In this document: positions 9,801 through 18,394 of the stretch, one piece after another
Numbering within the stretch: position 1 is the stretch's first letter
Layout of the letters: each line of letters opens with the position of its first letter
DNA from: Gemmatimonadota bacterium
GTDB taxonomy: Bacteria; Latescibacterota; UBA2968; UBA8231
Length of the DNA stretch: 64,000 nt
Reading direction: 5' to 3'
NCBI GenBank assembly: GCA_038153405.1
Contig: JAYOYH010000011.1
Coordinates: 23,050 to 87,049, forward strand
Made by a program: the position numbers and the translations under genes
Notes under the pieces: model-generated
Told to the model about the DNA's origin: nothing
The model's database searches: none
Seen by the model: the letters and a program-made list of their open reading frames with translations, nothing else

Positions 9801-10811
9801 CTAATCGACAAAGCGAAAGCGACCCTGCACTCCGCTGGTCGCGCGGCTGTGCAGCCCATCGCCATCCTCGCTGAAAACCAGCGCCTCGACCTGCGGCCAT
9901 TGTTCGACCAACTGCAGGCCGCGCTCTGCCCCCAACACGAAGATGGCCGTCGACAGAATATCGGCGTCCATCGCCGTCTGCGCCCACACGGTTGCGCTGA
10001 TCAAACCGCGGGCGGGCCAGCCGCTGTGCGGGTCGAGAATATGGTGGTAGCGCCGCCCGCCGCTTTCGAGATACTGCTCGTAATCGCCAGACGTGGCGAT
10101 GGCCGCCAGCCCGATATCTTCCACTTCGAAATAGCGTCCGGGGTCTCGCGGATGCTGTATCCCGAAATGCCAAGGACTGCCGTCTGGCTTTTCACCCCAG
10201 TAGCGGATATCACCGCCCGCCTCGATCAATCCAGCCGCCGCGCCCCCTTCGCGCAGACGCGCAACGGCGCGGTCAACCGCGTAGCCTTTGGCTGCCGCGC
10301 CCAGATCGAGCCGCATGCCCTGGCGCTCCAACATTACGCCCATCTCTTCGACGCGAAGAGCCCGATAGTCGACCAGCGCACGCGCCGAATCGACGGCAGC
10401 CGAATCGGGCACAGCGAGCGCATCGGGGAAATTCCACAGGCGCGTCAGCGGACCGATCGTCGGATCAAAGGCGCCGTCGCAGGCGCGCGCCCAGTGGAGC
10501 GAACGCTCCAGCACCTCCTGCGTGGCCGGCGAGCAGCGAACGAGGCGGCCCGGCGCTGCTTCTATGGCGGCCACTTCCCCATCGACGCGATAGCGACTCA
10601 TCAGCGAGTCGACGCGCTCAAATTCCACAAAGGCCGGTGCGAAAAGTGGCTTCATCAACGACTCTTCGCCGTAGAGCTTAATCGTCACCAGCGTGCCCAG
10701 CGCCAAGCGATCCTCGCGCACCGGCGGCTGTGGGTCGGGCGACGGTGCCAACCACAGAACGAGCGCCAGCGCTGCAAGGGCAAAGAGCACCCTTTTGACT
10801 ATGTCAACCAC
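9801..10811 (-). CDS. apbE: FAD:protein FMN transferase (ApbE family)
   Basis: GAFDPTIGPL, DLGAAAKGYAVD, GGDIR, ATSGDYE, YHHILDP; N-terminal anchor/signal. Confidence 0.93.
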   Translation of the reverse strand: MVDIVKRVLFALAALALVLWLAPSPDPQPPVREDRLALGTLVTIKLYGEESLMKPLFAPAFVEFERVDSLMSRYRVDGEVAAIEAAPGRLVRCSPATQEVLERSLHWARACDGAFDPTIGPLTRLWNFPDALAVPDSAAVDSARALVDYRALRVEEMGVMLERQGMRLDLGAAAKGYAVDRAVARLREGGAAAGLIEAGGDIRYWGEKPDGSPWHFGIQHPRDPGRYFEVEDIGLAAIATSGDYEQYLESGGRRYHHILDPHSGWPARGLISATVWAQTAMDADILSTAIFVLGAERGLQLVEQWPQVEALVFSEDGDGLHSRATSGVQGRFRFVD

Positions 10812-10825
10812 GTCGTCCGCGCTGG

Positions 10826-11797
10826 CTAGTTACTGCGCTCGACGACTAGGCGCACGGCCAGTTCCAACGCCTGGCGCGCCGGCGTCTCTGGCAATATGCT
10901 CAAGCATTCGTGTGCCTGTGCACTGTATTCGCGCGCCGTATCGGCGGCGGCGGCAACGCCGTCGTACTCATCGACAAAAGCGACGATCACACTCCACTCC
11001 GCCTCGTCCTTGTCGGACCGGGCGAGCAGGCCTTCCATCTGCTGGCGCGCTGCATCCGGCGCTTTCTGTAGTGCGCGTATGAGCGGCAGCGTGATTTTTC
11101 CCTCGCGCAAATCGTGGCCCACGGGCTTGCCCATCGTCGTGGCATCGCCGGTGAAGTCCAGAATATCGTCAGCGATTTGAAAGGCCTTGCCGAGCAGTTC
11201 GCCATAGCGCCCGAGCGCATCGATTACGCGCTGATCCGCTCCGGCAAATATGGGTCCCAGTCGCGCAGCAGCCGAGATGAGCGAAGCCGTCTTGTCGCTC
11301 ACCATGGCGAAGTACGACGCCTCGCGCACATCGCGCTGCTCGCCGATTTGAATTTCAAAAATTTCGCCCATGCTGAGGCGCTCCGTCGCGCGCGACACCA
11401 CGCCCAGCGCAGATAGATTGCCCAGTTCCACCAGCATGCACAGCGCACGCGCCAGCAGGAAGTCGCCCATTAGGACGGCGACCTGACCGCTCCACACCTC
11501 GTTGACCGACTTGCTACCTCGTCGCATCGTCGCCGAGTCGACGACGTCGTCGTGCACCATGGTCGCGGCGTGAATCATTTCAACCGCTACGGCAGCCTCG
11601 ATCACCTCTTTGCTGCCCGCCGCACCCGTGGCCTGCGCACTGAGCAGCGCCAGCGCCGGACGAAGCCGCTTTCCCTTGAGCGTCGACATGTAGCGCGCGA
11701 TGTCGTGCACCAGCTCGACGTCGGCGTTGAGCACTTCGTCCAAACGCTCCTCAAAGCGCTCTAACTCTGCGTCTATCAGGCCTTTAAAGGGGTCCAT
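10826..11797 (-). CDS. Polyprenyl diphosphate synthase
   Basis: GKRLRP, HDDVVD..RRG (FARM), FQIADDILD (SARM), DLREGKITLP; ATG at 11797 preferred. Confidence 0.92.
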   Translation of the reverse strand: MDPFKGLIDAELERFEERLDEVLNADVELVHDIARYMSTLKGKRLRPALALLSAQATGAAGSKEVIEAAVAVEMIHAATMVHDDVVDSATMRRGSKSVNEVWSGQVAVLMGDFLLARALCMLVELGNLSALGVVSRATERLSMGEIFEIQIGEQRDVREASYFAMVSDKTASLISAAARLGPIFAGADQRVIDALGRYGELLGKAFQIADDILDFTGDATTMGKPVGHDLREGKITLPLIRALQKAPDAARQQMEGLLARSDKDEAEWSVIVAFVDEYDGVAAAADTAREYSAQAHECLSILPETPARQALELAVRLVVERSN

Positions 11798-11939
11798 GCA
11801 CAGATTCTCTAAATAGTTAAAAGGCAAGAAATTAAGCATTGTACAGGGGGCTGTCAAACGCGCCAATTGCCCATTCGCTACACCATTTCCTATACTCTTT
11901 GCCAAAACGGTTGAAACCTCTAGCAACGGAGCGCGCTGC

Positions 11940-13151
11940 GTGAAAATAACCGAAATCAAAACCTATCTGATGGACGCCGGCTGGCCCCAGTATAACCGCG
12001 AGACAAACAAAGCCGAGAAGGGCGGTTGGTCGGCACGCAACTGGCTCTTCGTCAAAGTCTGCACCGACGAGGGCATCTACGGGATTGGCGAGGCATCGGG
12101 CTGGCCGCGCGTCGTCGAGACGGCGATACGCGATCTGACGCCGCTGTTAGTCGGCGAAGACCCCAACCACATCGAGCGCCTGTGGCATAAAATGCTGGCC
12201 GCTCTCATGGGACACGGCATGACCGGCGTAGTGGGCCACGGCGCCATGACTGGTATCGAAATGGCGCTGTGGGATCTGAAGGGTAAAGCGCTGGGACAGC
12301 CCGTGTGGAATTTGCTCGGCGGCAAGATGCGCGACGAAATTCGCATCTATGCGCACGCTCATTCGCGCGAACAGGCGCGCCAGCTCGTGGACGAGGGCTA
12401 TACGGCCATCAAAACAGGCGGCACGCAAAACTGTCTGGAGAGCGTGCACGCCATCCGCGACGAAGTGGGACTAGCGATTGATCTAATGGTTGACGTGCAC
12501 GGTCCGCCCTGGCTGAGCACGCGCGACGCCATCGCCTTGGGCCAGCGCCTCGAAGAGTACGACCTGCTCTTCTACGAGGACCCCGTCGCCCCCGAACACA
12601 TCGAATCCATCGCCCGCGTAGCCGCAGCGGTAAATCTTCCCATAGCCGCAGGCGAGCGCCACGCATCGATCTGGGGCGTACGCGAGCTAATCGAGCGCGA
12701 AATTATTGACGTGGTGCAGCCGGACACGGGGCGGGCGGGCGGTCTCATGCAAATGAAAAAAATGGCCGCACTGGCCGAAGCGCACTACTGCGCGATGGCA
12801 CCGCACGACGGTTCGCTGGGACCGGTGGCCGAAATGGCGGCCGTGCACCTGATGGCGACGATACCGAATTTCTTAATTCTCGAACATCTGGCCGTCGACG
12901 TGCCGCAGCGCTACACCGTGATGACCGGACAACCCGAAATTGCCGATAGCCATATCAAGGTGCCCAACGCACCAGGCTTAGGCATCGATATCGTCGAGGA
13001 GGAAATCGCCAAACATCCGTCACAGGGCAATATCAGCGTGCCGGACGACCGCTTTGACTACCAGTATTTCATGCCCAAACAGCAGCGCGCGCTGTGGCTG
13101 AGCGACGAAGAAACGCCACCGCCCGAGTACCGCGCGGGGCAGATATTTTAG
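11940..13151 (+). CDS. Mandelate racemase/muconate lactonizing family enzyme (galactonate dehydratase-like)
   Basis: NWLFVKVCTDEGIYGIGE, IEMALWDLKGK, MVDVH, EDP, AGER, QPD motifs. Confidence 0.88.
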   Translation: MKITEIKTYLMDAGWPQYNRETNKAEKGGWSARNWLFVKVCTDEGIYGIGEASGWPRVVETAIRDLTPLLVGEDPNHIERLWHKMLAALMGHGMTGVVGHGAMTGIEMALWDLKGKALGQPVWNLLGGKMRDEIRIYAHAHSREQARQLVDEGYTAIKTGGTQNCLESVHAIRDEVGLAIDLMVDVHGPPWLSTRDAIALGQRLEEYDLLFYEDPVAPEHIESIARVAAAVNLPIAAGERHASIWGVRELIEREIIDVVQPDTGRAGGLMQMKKMAALAEAHYCAMAPHDGSLGPVAEMAAVHLMATIPNFLILEHLAVDVPQRYTVMTGQPEIADSHIKVPNAPGLGIDIVEEEIAKHPSQGNISVPDDRFDYQYFMPKQQRALWLSDEETPPPEYRAGQIF

Positions 13152-13184
13152 CGCGGCAACACTAGCGGCTCACTCTGGGTAGCT

Positions 13185-14315
13185 CTATTCGCTGCGATCG
13201 TGGATCGACCCTGAGCGCAGGCGCAGCGAACCGCCGCTACGGCCAAGCAGCGCCGCTTGAATCTCGCTGACCATCGCCAGGGCGATTTCCTCGGGCGTCT
13301 CCGCGCCTATGTCGAGACCTACGGGACTGAACAGCACAGAGCCCGCATCGGCGACAATGCCCTCGCAAGCTAGCTCCTCGAGTAGGCGCTGCGTGCGCTG
13401 ATGCGGTCCCAGTAAACCGAGATACATTAGTTCGCGCGGCAGCAGGTAGCGCAGCATCGCCCCGTCTTGCAGGTAGTTGTGCGTCATTACCACCGCCGCC
13501 ATTCCCGCGCTTACTTCCACTTCGTCTGGCCACTGGCCGGGCACGGCCAGCGCCACGCGCTGCGCGCCGGGAAAGCGCTCGGGGCGCGCGTAGGAGGGGC
13601 GGTGGTCGACGACGCTAACGCGCCAGCCCAGTTGGCGGGCAAAGTGCACGACCGGTTGTGCATCGCAGCCCGCACCGCACACGACCAATTCCAGAGGCGG
13701 CCGTAGCGTTTCGACCAGCACAGACGCTCGTCCACGCCCGATTTCGGCGTGACGCGTCACGGCACGCCGGCCTCCCATATCCCGCTGGTGATCGAGCTCT
13801 GCCCGGACCCACTCGCTCAGATCGCCATGGGCTATGTCGTTGCGCACGGGCAAGTCATCGGCCACTGCAACGCACTGACCGGGTTGCACTCCTGCAATGC
13901 CGTCGCATGCAAATACGGTGGCCAATGCCGCATTAGACGTGCCCAACGCACTGGCGCGCAAATATTCGAGCGGAAGAGATGGGTCTGCCGCAGATAGACG
14001 CTGAAAAAAAACGCGCACTAGGCCGCTGCATCCCAGCCCGGTCCCGAACACGACGTCGTCTTCGGTATGGGCATCGTAGCATACTATGCGGGGCTGTCCA
14101 TCCTCCAACACACCTACGGCCTGCTCGCGCACATCGCCTTCAAGGCAGCCACCATTAATTACCCCCGTGCTCTTTTCCAGCGACTCGATCAACATGCGGG
14201 TTCCCGCACCGCGATAGACCGAGCCTTGGGCTTCCACGACGGTTGCCAGCACACACGGTGAGCCCGCAGACTCTAGCTCGGCGATCCGCTCGAGGATCTG
14301 TTGTAGGTCTCTCAC
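13185..14315 (-). CDS. xdhC: XdhC/CoxI family molybdenum-cofactor insertion chaperone
   Basis: ATVV...GSVYRGAG, GGCLE, GLGCSG, VMTHNY, YLGLLG, PVGLDIGAETPEEIALA. Confidence 0.92.
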   Translation of the reverse strand: MRDLQQILERIAELESAGSPCVLATVVEAQGSVYRGAGTRMLIESLEKSTGVINGGCLEGDVREQAVGVLEDGQPRIVCYDAHTEDDVVFGTGLGCSGLVRVFFQRLSAADPSLPLEYLRASALGTSNAALATVFACDGIAGVQPGQCVAVADDLPVRNDIAHGDLSEWVRAELDHQRDMGGRRAVTRHAEIGRGRASVLVETLRPPLELVVCGAGCDAQPVVHFARQLGWRVSVVDHRPSYARPERFPGAQRVALAVPGQWPDEVEVSAGMAAVVMTHNYLQDGAMLRYLLPRELMYLGLLGPHQRTQRLLEELACEGIVADAGSVLFSPVGLDIGAETPEEIALAMVSEIQAALLGRSGGSLRLRSGSIHDRSE

Positions 14316-14399
14316 CTGTTTATCACCTCACTAGAATGCACACTGTCATTGACGCGCACGGGACGGTGGACAGACGCATGCTCGTTGACAGAGGCGCTC

Positions 14400-15539
14400 C
14401 TAGTCGAGCGCGTACATCTTGCCCGGATTAAAGATGCCCTGGGGATCCAGCGCCTTTTTTAGCATTTGATTCATGTGAAAAACGCCGGCGTTAGGCGGTG
14501 TAAAGGCCTCTTCGTTGCGCCCTCCAGGCTGCGCCGAAAAGCGCCAAGCCAACGCTTGGTGGCGCGCTGCCGTGCGGTGCACCAAGCCGACTTCTGCATC
14601 GACCGGCAGCACGGCCCACAGCAGTCCCCCCGCCCAGTCTATTCCCCACCGGCTCAGTCCCTCGGCCTTGAGCGCCTCCATCAGACGCACCATGCGCGTC
14701 GGCGGCCCGGAAAAGCGCCAGCGCTGCTGACCGACACTAACCTGAAGCCACTCCAACTCGCGCCACTGCCTCCAGAAGGTGCGCGAGGCATCGACATCGA
14801 GAACATCGCCATCGCCGCATTCGGCGCGCAGGAACTCGACCTGCCGATCTACCGCCGGACCGGGCCCCTCGATGCGCGCCATCAGACGCCCCTCGGCACC
14901 GCCGTAGGCCAGGCCAGTAATTTCCAACGGCCTGCCCGCCCACTCTAGCATCTTATCCAGCGCCGCTGGCGGAGCAAAACCTTCAATGCACAGCGTCTGT
15001 TCCCGTTCGGGACGCGGCCAAACCTTCAGGCAGACTTCTGTGAGCACGCCCAGCGTGCCGAACGATCCAGCCAGCACTTTGGGCAGATCGTACCCCGTGA
15101 CATTCTTGACCACTTTGCCGCCGCCGCGAACCAATTCACCGCAGCCGTCGACGATCTCGATCCCCAGCAGGTGGTCGCGCAACGCGCCCATTTTAAAGCG
15201 CCGCGGCCCCGATAAATTACACGCCACCGTGCCGCCCAAAGTAGCGCCCGTACCCCAGGCAGGTGGCTCAAAGGCAAAGTGCTGATTTTCGCTTTCCAGC
15301 ACGCGCTCGACCTCGTCCAGTGGCGTGCCCGGCCGGGCGACCAGCACCAATTCACCCGGCTCGTAGCTGACAATGCCGCGCAGAGCGGAGACGTCGCACG
15401 GCGATCCGACGACCTGGCGGCCCAGCGCCCCCTTGGTCGCACCGGCGTAGATATCCAACGCCTCGCCGTCGGCTAGCGCCTGGCGCACGCGTGCCTGTAC
15501 GGCAATCGACGAGTCCAACGGTATAACCTGTTCACTCAT
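14400..15539 (-). CDS. glcE: Glycolate oxidase FAD-binding subunit GlcE
   Basis: GIVSYEPGELV, FEPP, ATLGGTVACNLSGPRR, GGKVVKNVTGYDL, DPQGIFNPGK. Confidence 0.9.
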   Translation of the reverse strand: MSEQVIPLDSSIAVQARVRQALADGEALDIYAGATKGALGRQVVGSPCDVSALRGIVSYEPGELVLVARPGTPLDEVERVLESENQHFAFEPPAWGTGATLGGTVACNLSGPRRFKMGALRDHLLGIEIVDGCGELVRGGGKVVKNVTGYDLPKVLAGSFGTLGVLTEVCLKVWPRPEREQTLCIEGFAPPAALDKMLEWAGRPLEITGLAYGGAEGRLMARIEGPGPAVDRQVEFLRAECGDGDVLDVDASRTFWRQWRELEWLQVSVGQQRWRFSGPPTRMVRLMEALKAEGLSRWGIDWAGGLLWAVLPVDAEVGLVHRTAARHQALAWRFSAQPGGRNEEAFTPPNAGVFHMNQMLKKALDPQGIFNPGKMYALD

Positions 15540-15598
15540 AGGGCAACGCCCTCTCTAAACGAAATCGCACGCACTAGGATTCTGCGCGGTCCACGAGG

Positions 15599-17086
15599 CT
15601 AAAAGCGCTCCAGATCGGGGAACGTCTCCGCACCGGCATGCACGTGCATCGCCCCGCCCTCCACGCAGCGGCGCAGCACCGGGAAGACCTTGCCCGGATT
15701 GAGCAACTGCTGCGGATCAAAGCTGGCTTTAATCCGCTCCTGCGCGTCGAGGTCGGCGTCGTTGAACATACACGGCATCAGGTCGCGTTTCTCAAGGCCT
15801 ATGCCGTGCTCGCCGCTGAGCACGCCTCCCACTTCGACGCACAGCTTGAGGATTTCAGCGCCCAGCGCCTCGGCCTGCTCGAGATCGCCCTCCCGGTTGC
15901 TATCGTAGAGAACGAGCGGATGCAGGTTGCCATCGCCGGCGTGAAAAACGTTAGCCACGGACAATCCAAACTGCTGCGAAAACTCGCCGATGCGCTTGAG
16001 CACGAAGGGCAGCTGGCCGCGCGGAATCGTGCCGTCCATGCAGTAGTAGTCCGGACTGATGCGCCCCATGGCGGGAAAGGCCGCTTTGCGACCAGCCCAC
16101 AGTTTAAGGCGCTGCTGCTCGTCTTGGGCGACGCGGATTTGGCTGGCGCCGGCCCGTTTCAGCAAAACCTGCAAACGCTCCATATGGCATTCAACTTCGC
16201 TGGCTGGCCCGTCCAATTCGACGAGCAGCAGCGCCTCGACGCCCAGCGGGTAGCCGGCCCCGACAAAGCCTTCTACCGCTTCGATGGATAGCCGGTCCAT
16301 GATTTCCATGCCGGCCGGCACCATACCCGCACCGATCACTTGGGCCACCGCTTCGCCAGCCGCCTCGATCGAAGCAAATACTGCCATCAGCGCCTGAGCG
16401 CGCTCGGGGCGGGGCAGGATGCGCAGCGTCGCTTCCGTGGTAATGGCCAGCAGACCTTCCGACCCGGTCAGCAATCCGAGTAAATCACAGCCAGCCTGAT
16501 CCATGCCCTTGCCGCCGACGCGGACGATTTGACCGTCGGCCAGCACGACTTCCAAGCCTAGCAAGTTGTTGGTCGTCGTACCGTATTTGAGGCAGTGCAC
16601 GCCGCCGGAATTTTCAGCGATATTGCCGCCGATTGAACAGGCGATCTGACTGGATGGATCGGGGGCATAGTAAAAGCCGTGCGCCGCAACCGCATCGCTG
16701 ACGGACTTATTAGTCACGCCTGGCTGCACCGTTATCGTCCTGTTTTGCAGATCGATGTCGAGCACCTTGTTCATGCGCGCCGTGCTCAGCACGATGCCGT
16801 CAGCGCGCGGTAGCGCCCCACCCGATAGCCCAGTGCCAGCGCCCCACGGCACGATGGGAATATCGAGTTTAGCGCATGCGTTGAGCACGGCTGACACCTC
16901 GTCGCCGCTTTCGGGCAGCGCCACGCACAGCGGTCGCTGGCGATAGGCCGAAACCGCATCGCATTCGTAGGCGACCAGATCTTCTTCGCGGTGAATCAGC
17001 TGATCGGTTCGCAGCGCGGCGCGCAGCGCATCGATCAGCGCGTCGCGGCGCTTCAACCGCTCAGGTACGGGCTCGGGTACGTTCAT
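15599..17086 (-). CDS. glcD: Glycolate oxidase subunit GlcD (FAD-linked oxidase)
   Basis: GAGTGLSGGA, YAPDPSSQIACSIGGNIAENSGG, FHAGDGNLHP, GEHGIG. Confidence 0.92.
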   Translation of the reverse strand: MNVPEPVPERLKRRDALIDALRAALRTDQLIHREEDLVAYECDAVSAYRQRPLCVALPESGDEVSAVLNACAKLDIPIVPWGAGTGLSGGALPRADGIVLSTARMNKVLDIDLQNRTITVQPGVTNKSVSDAVAAHGFYYAPDPSSQIACSIGGNIAENSGGVHCLKYGTTTNNLLGLEVVLADGQIVRVGGKGMDQAGCDLLGLLTGSEGLLAITTEATLRILPRPERAQALMAVFASIEAAGEAVAQVIGAGMVPAGMEIMDRLSIEAVEGFVGAGYPLGVEALLLVELDGPASEVECHMERLQVLLKRAGASQIRVAQDEQQRLKLWAGRKAAFPAMGRISPDYYCMDGTIPRGQLPFVLKRIGEFSQQFGLSVANVFHAGDGNLHPLVLYDSNREGDLEQAEALGAEILKLCVEVGGVLSGEHGIGLEKRDLMPCMFNDADLDAQERIKASFDPQQLLNPGKVFPVLRRCVEGGAMHVHAGAETFPDLERF

Positions 17087-17176
17087 ATTCTATCCACTAT
17101 GGGCTTGGTTTGGATCCGTCGGTGGAGGCGCCAGCCAACGGCCAGATGCCTCCGCACAAAATCGATGCACATGCGG

Positions 17177-18181
17177 CTAGAGCAGCTCGTCGGCATAGGC
17201 AAATAGCGCGGGCGTTCCGCCCGTGTGGACGAAAATAAGCGTCTGCCCGCGATGCCACCAGCCCGCCTGCACGTGAGCCAGCAGACCCACCATCGCCTTG
17301 CCGGTATACGACGGATCGAGCAACAAGCCCTCCGTGCGCGCCACGCGCTGAATGGCGTCGCGGCTGGCGTCGGTCAGCACGCCGTAGTCCGGACCGACAA
17401 ATTCGGCATAGCTCTCAAAGTCGCCAGGGACAAAGTCCAGTTCCAGCTCCATGATTCGTGCGCATTCGCGCGCTAGTTCGGCATGCGCCCGCGCCGTTTG
17501 GCCATCGTCGCGCGGCGACGGGCTGATACCGACAATGCGCACGGCGATTCCCAGCGCCTTGAACGCGACGGCCAACCCCACATGCGTATAGGCGCCCGAG
17601 CACAGGTAGAGCGCATCCGGCCGCAGCCCTTGCACCTGCAGCTGCTCTGCCAACTCCACCCCCCCCTCGATATAGGCGATAGCGCGGTAGGCGCGCGCGT
17701 CCGTGCTGGTGTGAAACGGCCGGTGCCCAGCCGCGCGCAATGCGTCCATTTTTTCTGCTACCGCCGCCCCTTGCAAATCCACTTCGGGCAGGTAGACCTC
17801 TGCGCCGAATAAGTGGGTCAACAGCAAATTGCCCTGGCGCTGCGCGTGGGCATCGCGACGCCCTACAATGACGGCCTTGATCCCCAGTTTGGCCGCCACG
17901 GCCGCCGTCACCCTCGACTGGTTGGACTGTGCGCCAGCCGAGTGCACGAGCACATCACACCCCTGCTCCACCGCCTGGGCAATTTGATATTCAAACTCGC
18001 GAATTTTATTGCCGCCCATCGCCATCCCCGTGAGATCCTCTCTCTTCACGTAGATGGCGGGGCCGCCGACGGCTTCACTCAAACGACCCAGTTTATGCAG
18101 CGGCGTGGGCAGCACGGCTAGGTGCAGGCGCGGCAGCAGCCCTAAACGCGCACGCAGCATTTCAGACGTGTATGTAGACAA
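17177..18181 (-). CDS. D-cysteine desulfhydrase / ACC deaminase family PLP enzyme
   Basis: PTPL, YVKREDLTG..GGNKIR, QSNQ, EGLLLDPSYTGKA, FVHTGG; start uncertain (TTG 18181 or ATG 18160). Confidence 0.88.
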   Translation of the reverse strand: MSTYTSEMLRARLGLLPRLHLAVLPTPLHKLGRLSEAVGGPAIYVKREDLTGMAMGGNKIREFEYQIAQAVEQGCDVLVHSAGAQSNQSRVTAAVAAKLGIKAVIVGRRDAHAQRQGNLLLTHLFGAEVYLPEVDLQGAAVAEKMDALRAAGHRPFHTSTDARAYRAIAYIEGGVELAEQLQVQGLRPDALYLCSGAYTHVGLAVAFKALGIAVRIVGISPSPRDDGQTARAHAELARECARIMELELDFVPGDFESYAEFVGPDYGVLTDASRDAIQRVARTEGLLLDPSYTGKAMVGLLAHVQAGWWHRGQTLIFVHTGGTPALFAYADELL

Positions 18182-18394
18182 TTTCTACTCTTTTCACAAG
18201 ATGTTATTAAAAAACGACTTATGGCATATTTAATTGTTTGTAAAGAGCGTCCAATGCGCAAATGGATTGCCCTCATAAAAAAAGATATTAGTTTAGATAT
18301 AACAGCTATTTATGGCATATCCAATCTACCAAATCTCTCTTTTATTGCCGCCGATTCTTCGCAAGATAATTATTAACAAAAAGATAGGAAGTTT

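Noticed and set aside
9849..10829. 326-aa plus-strand ORF
   Set aside because: Antisense shadow of apbE, typical of GC-rich DNA.
18219..18330. Sigma-54 promoter at the TGGCAT motifs
   Set aside because: No GC at the required 10-nt spacing after GG.
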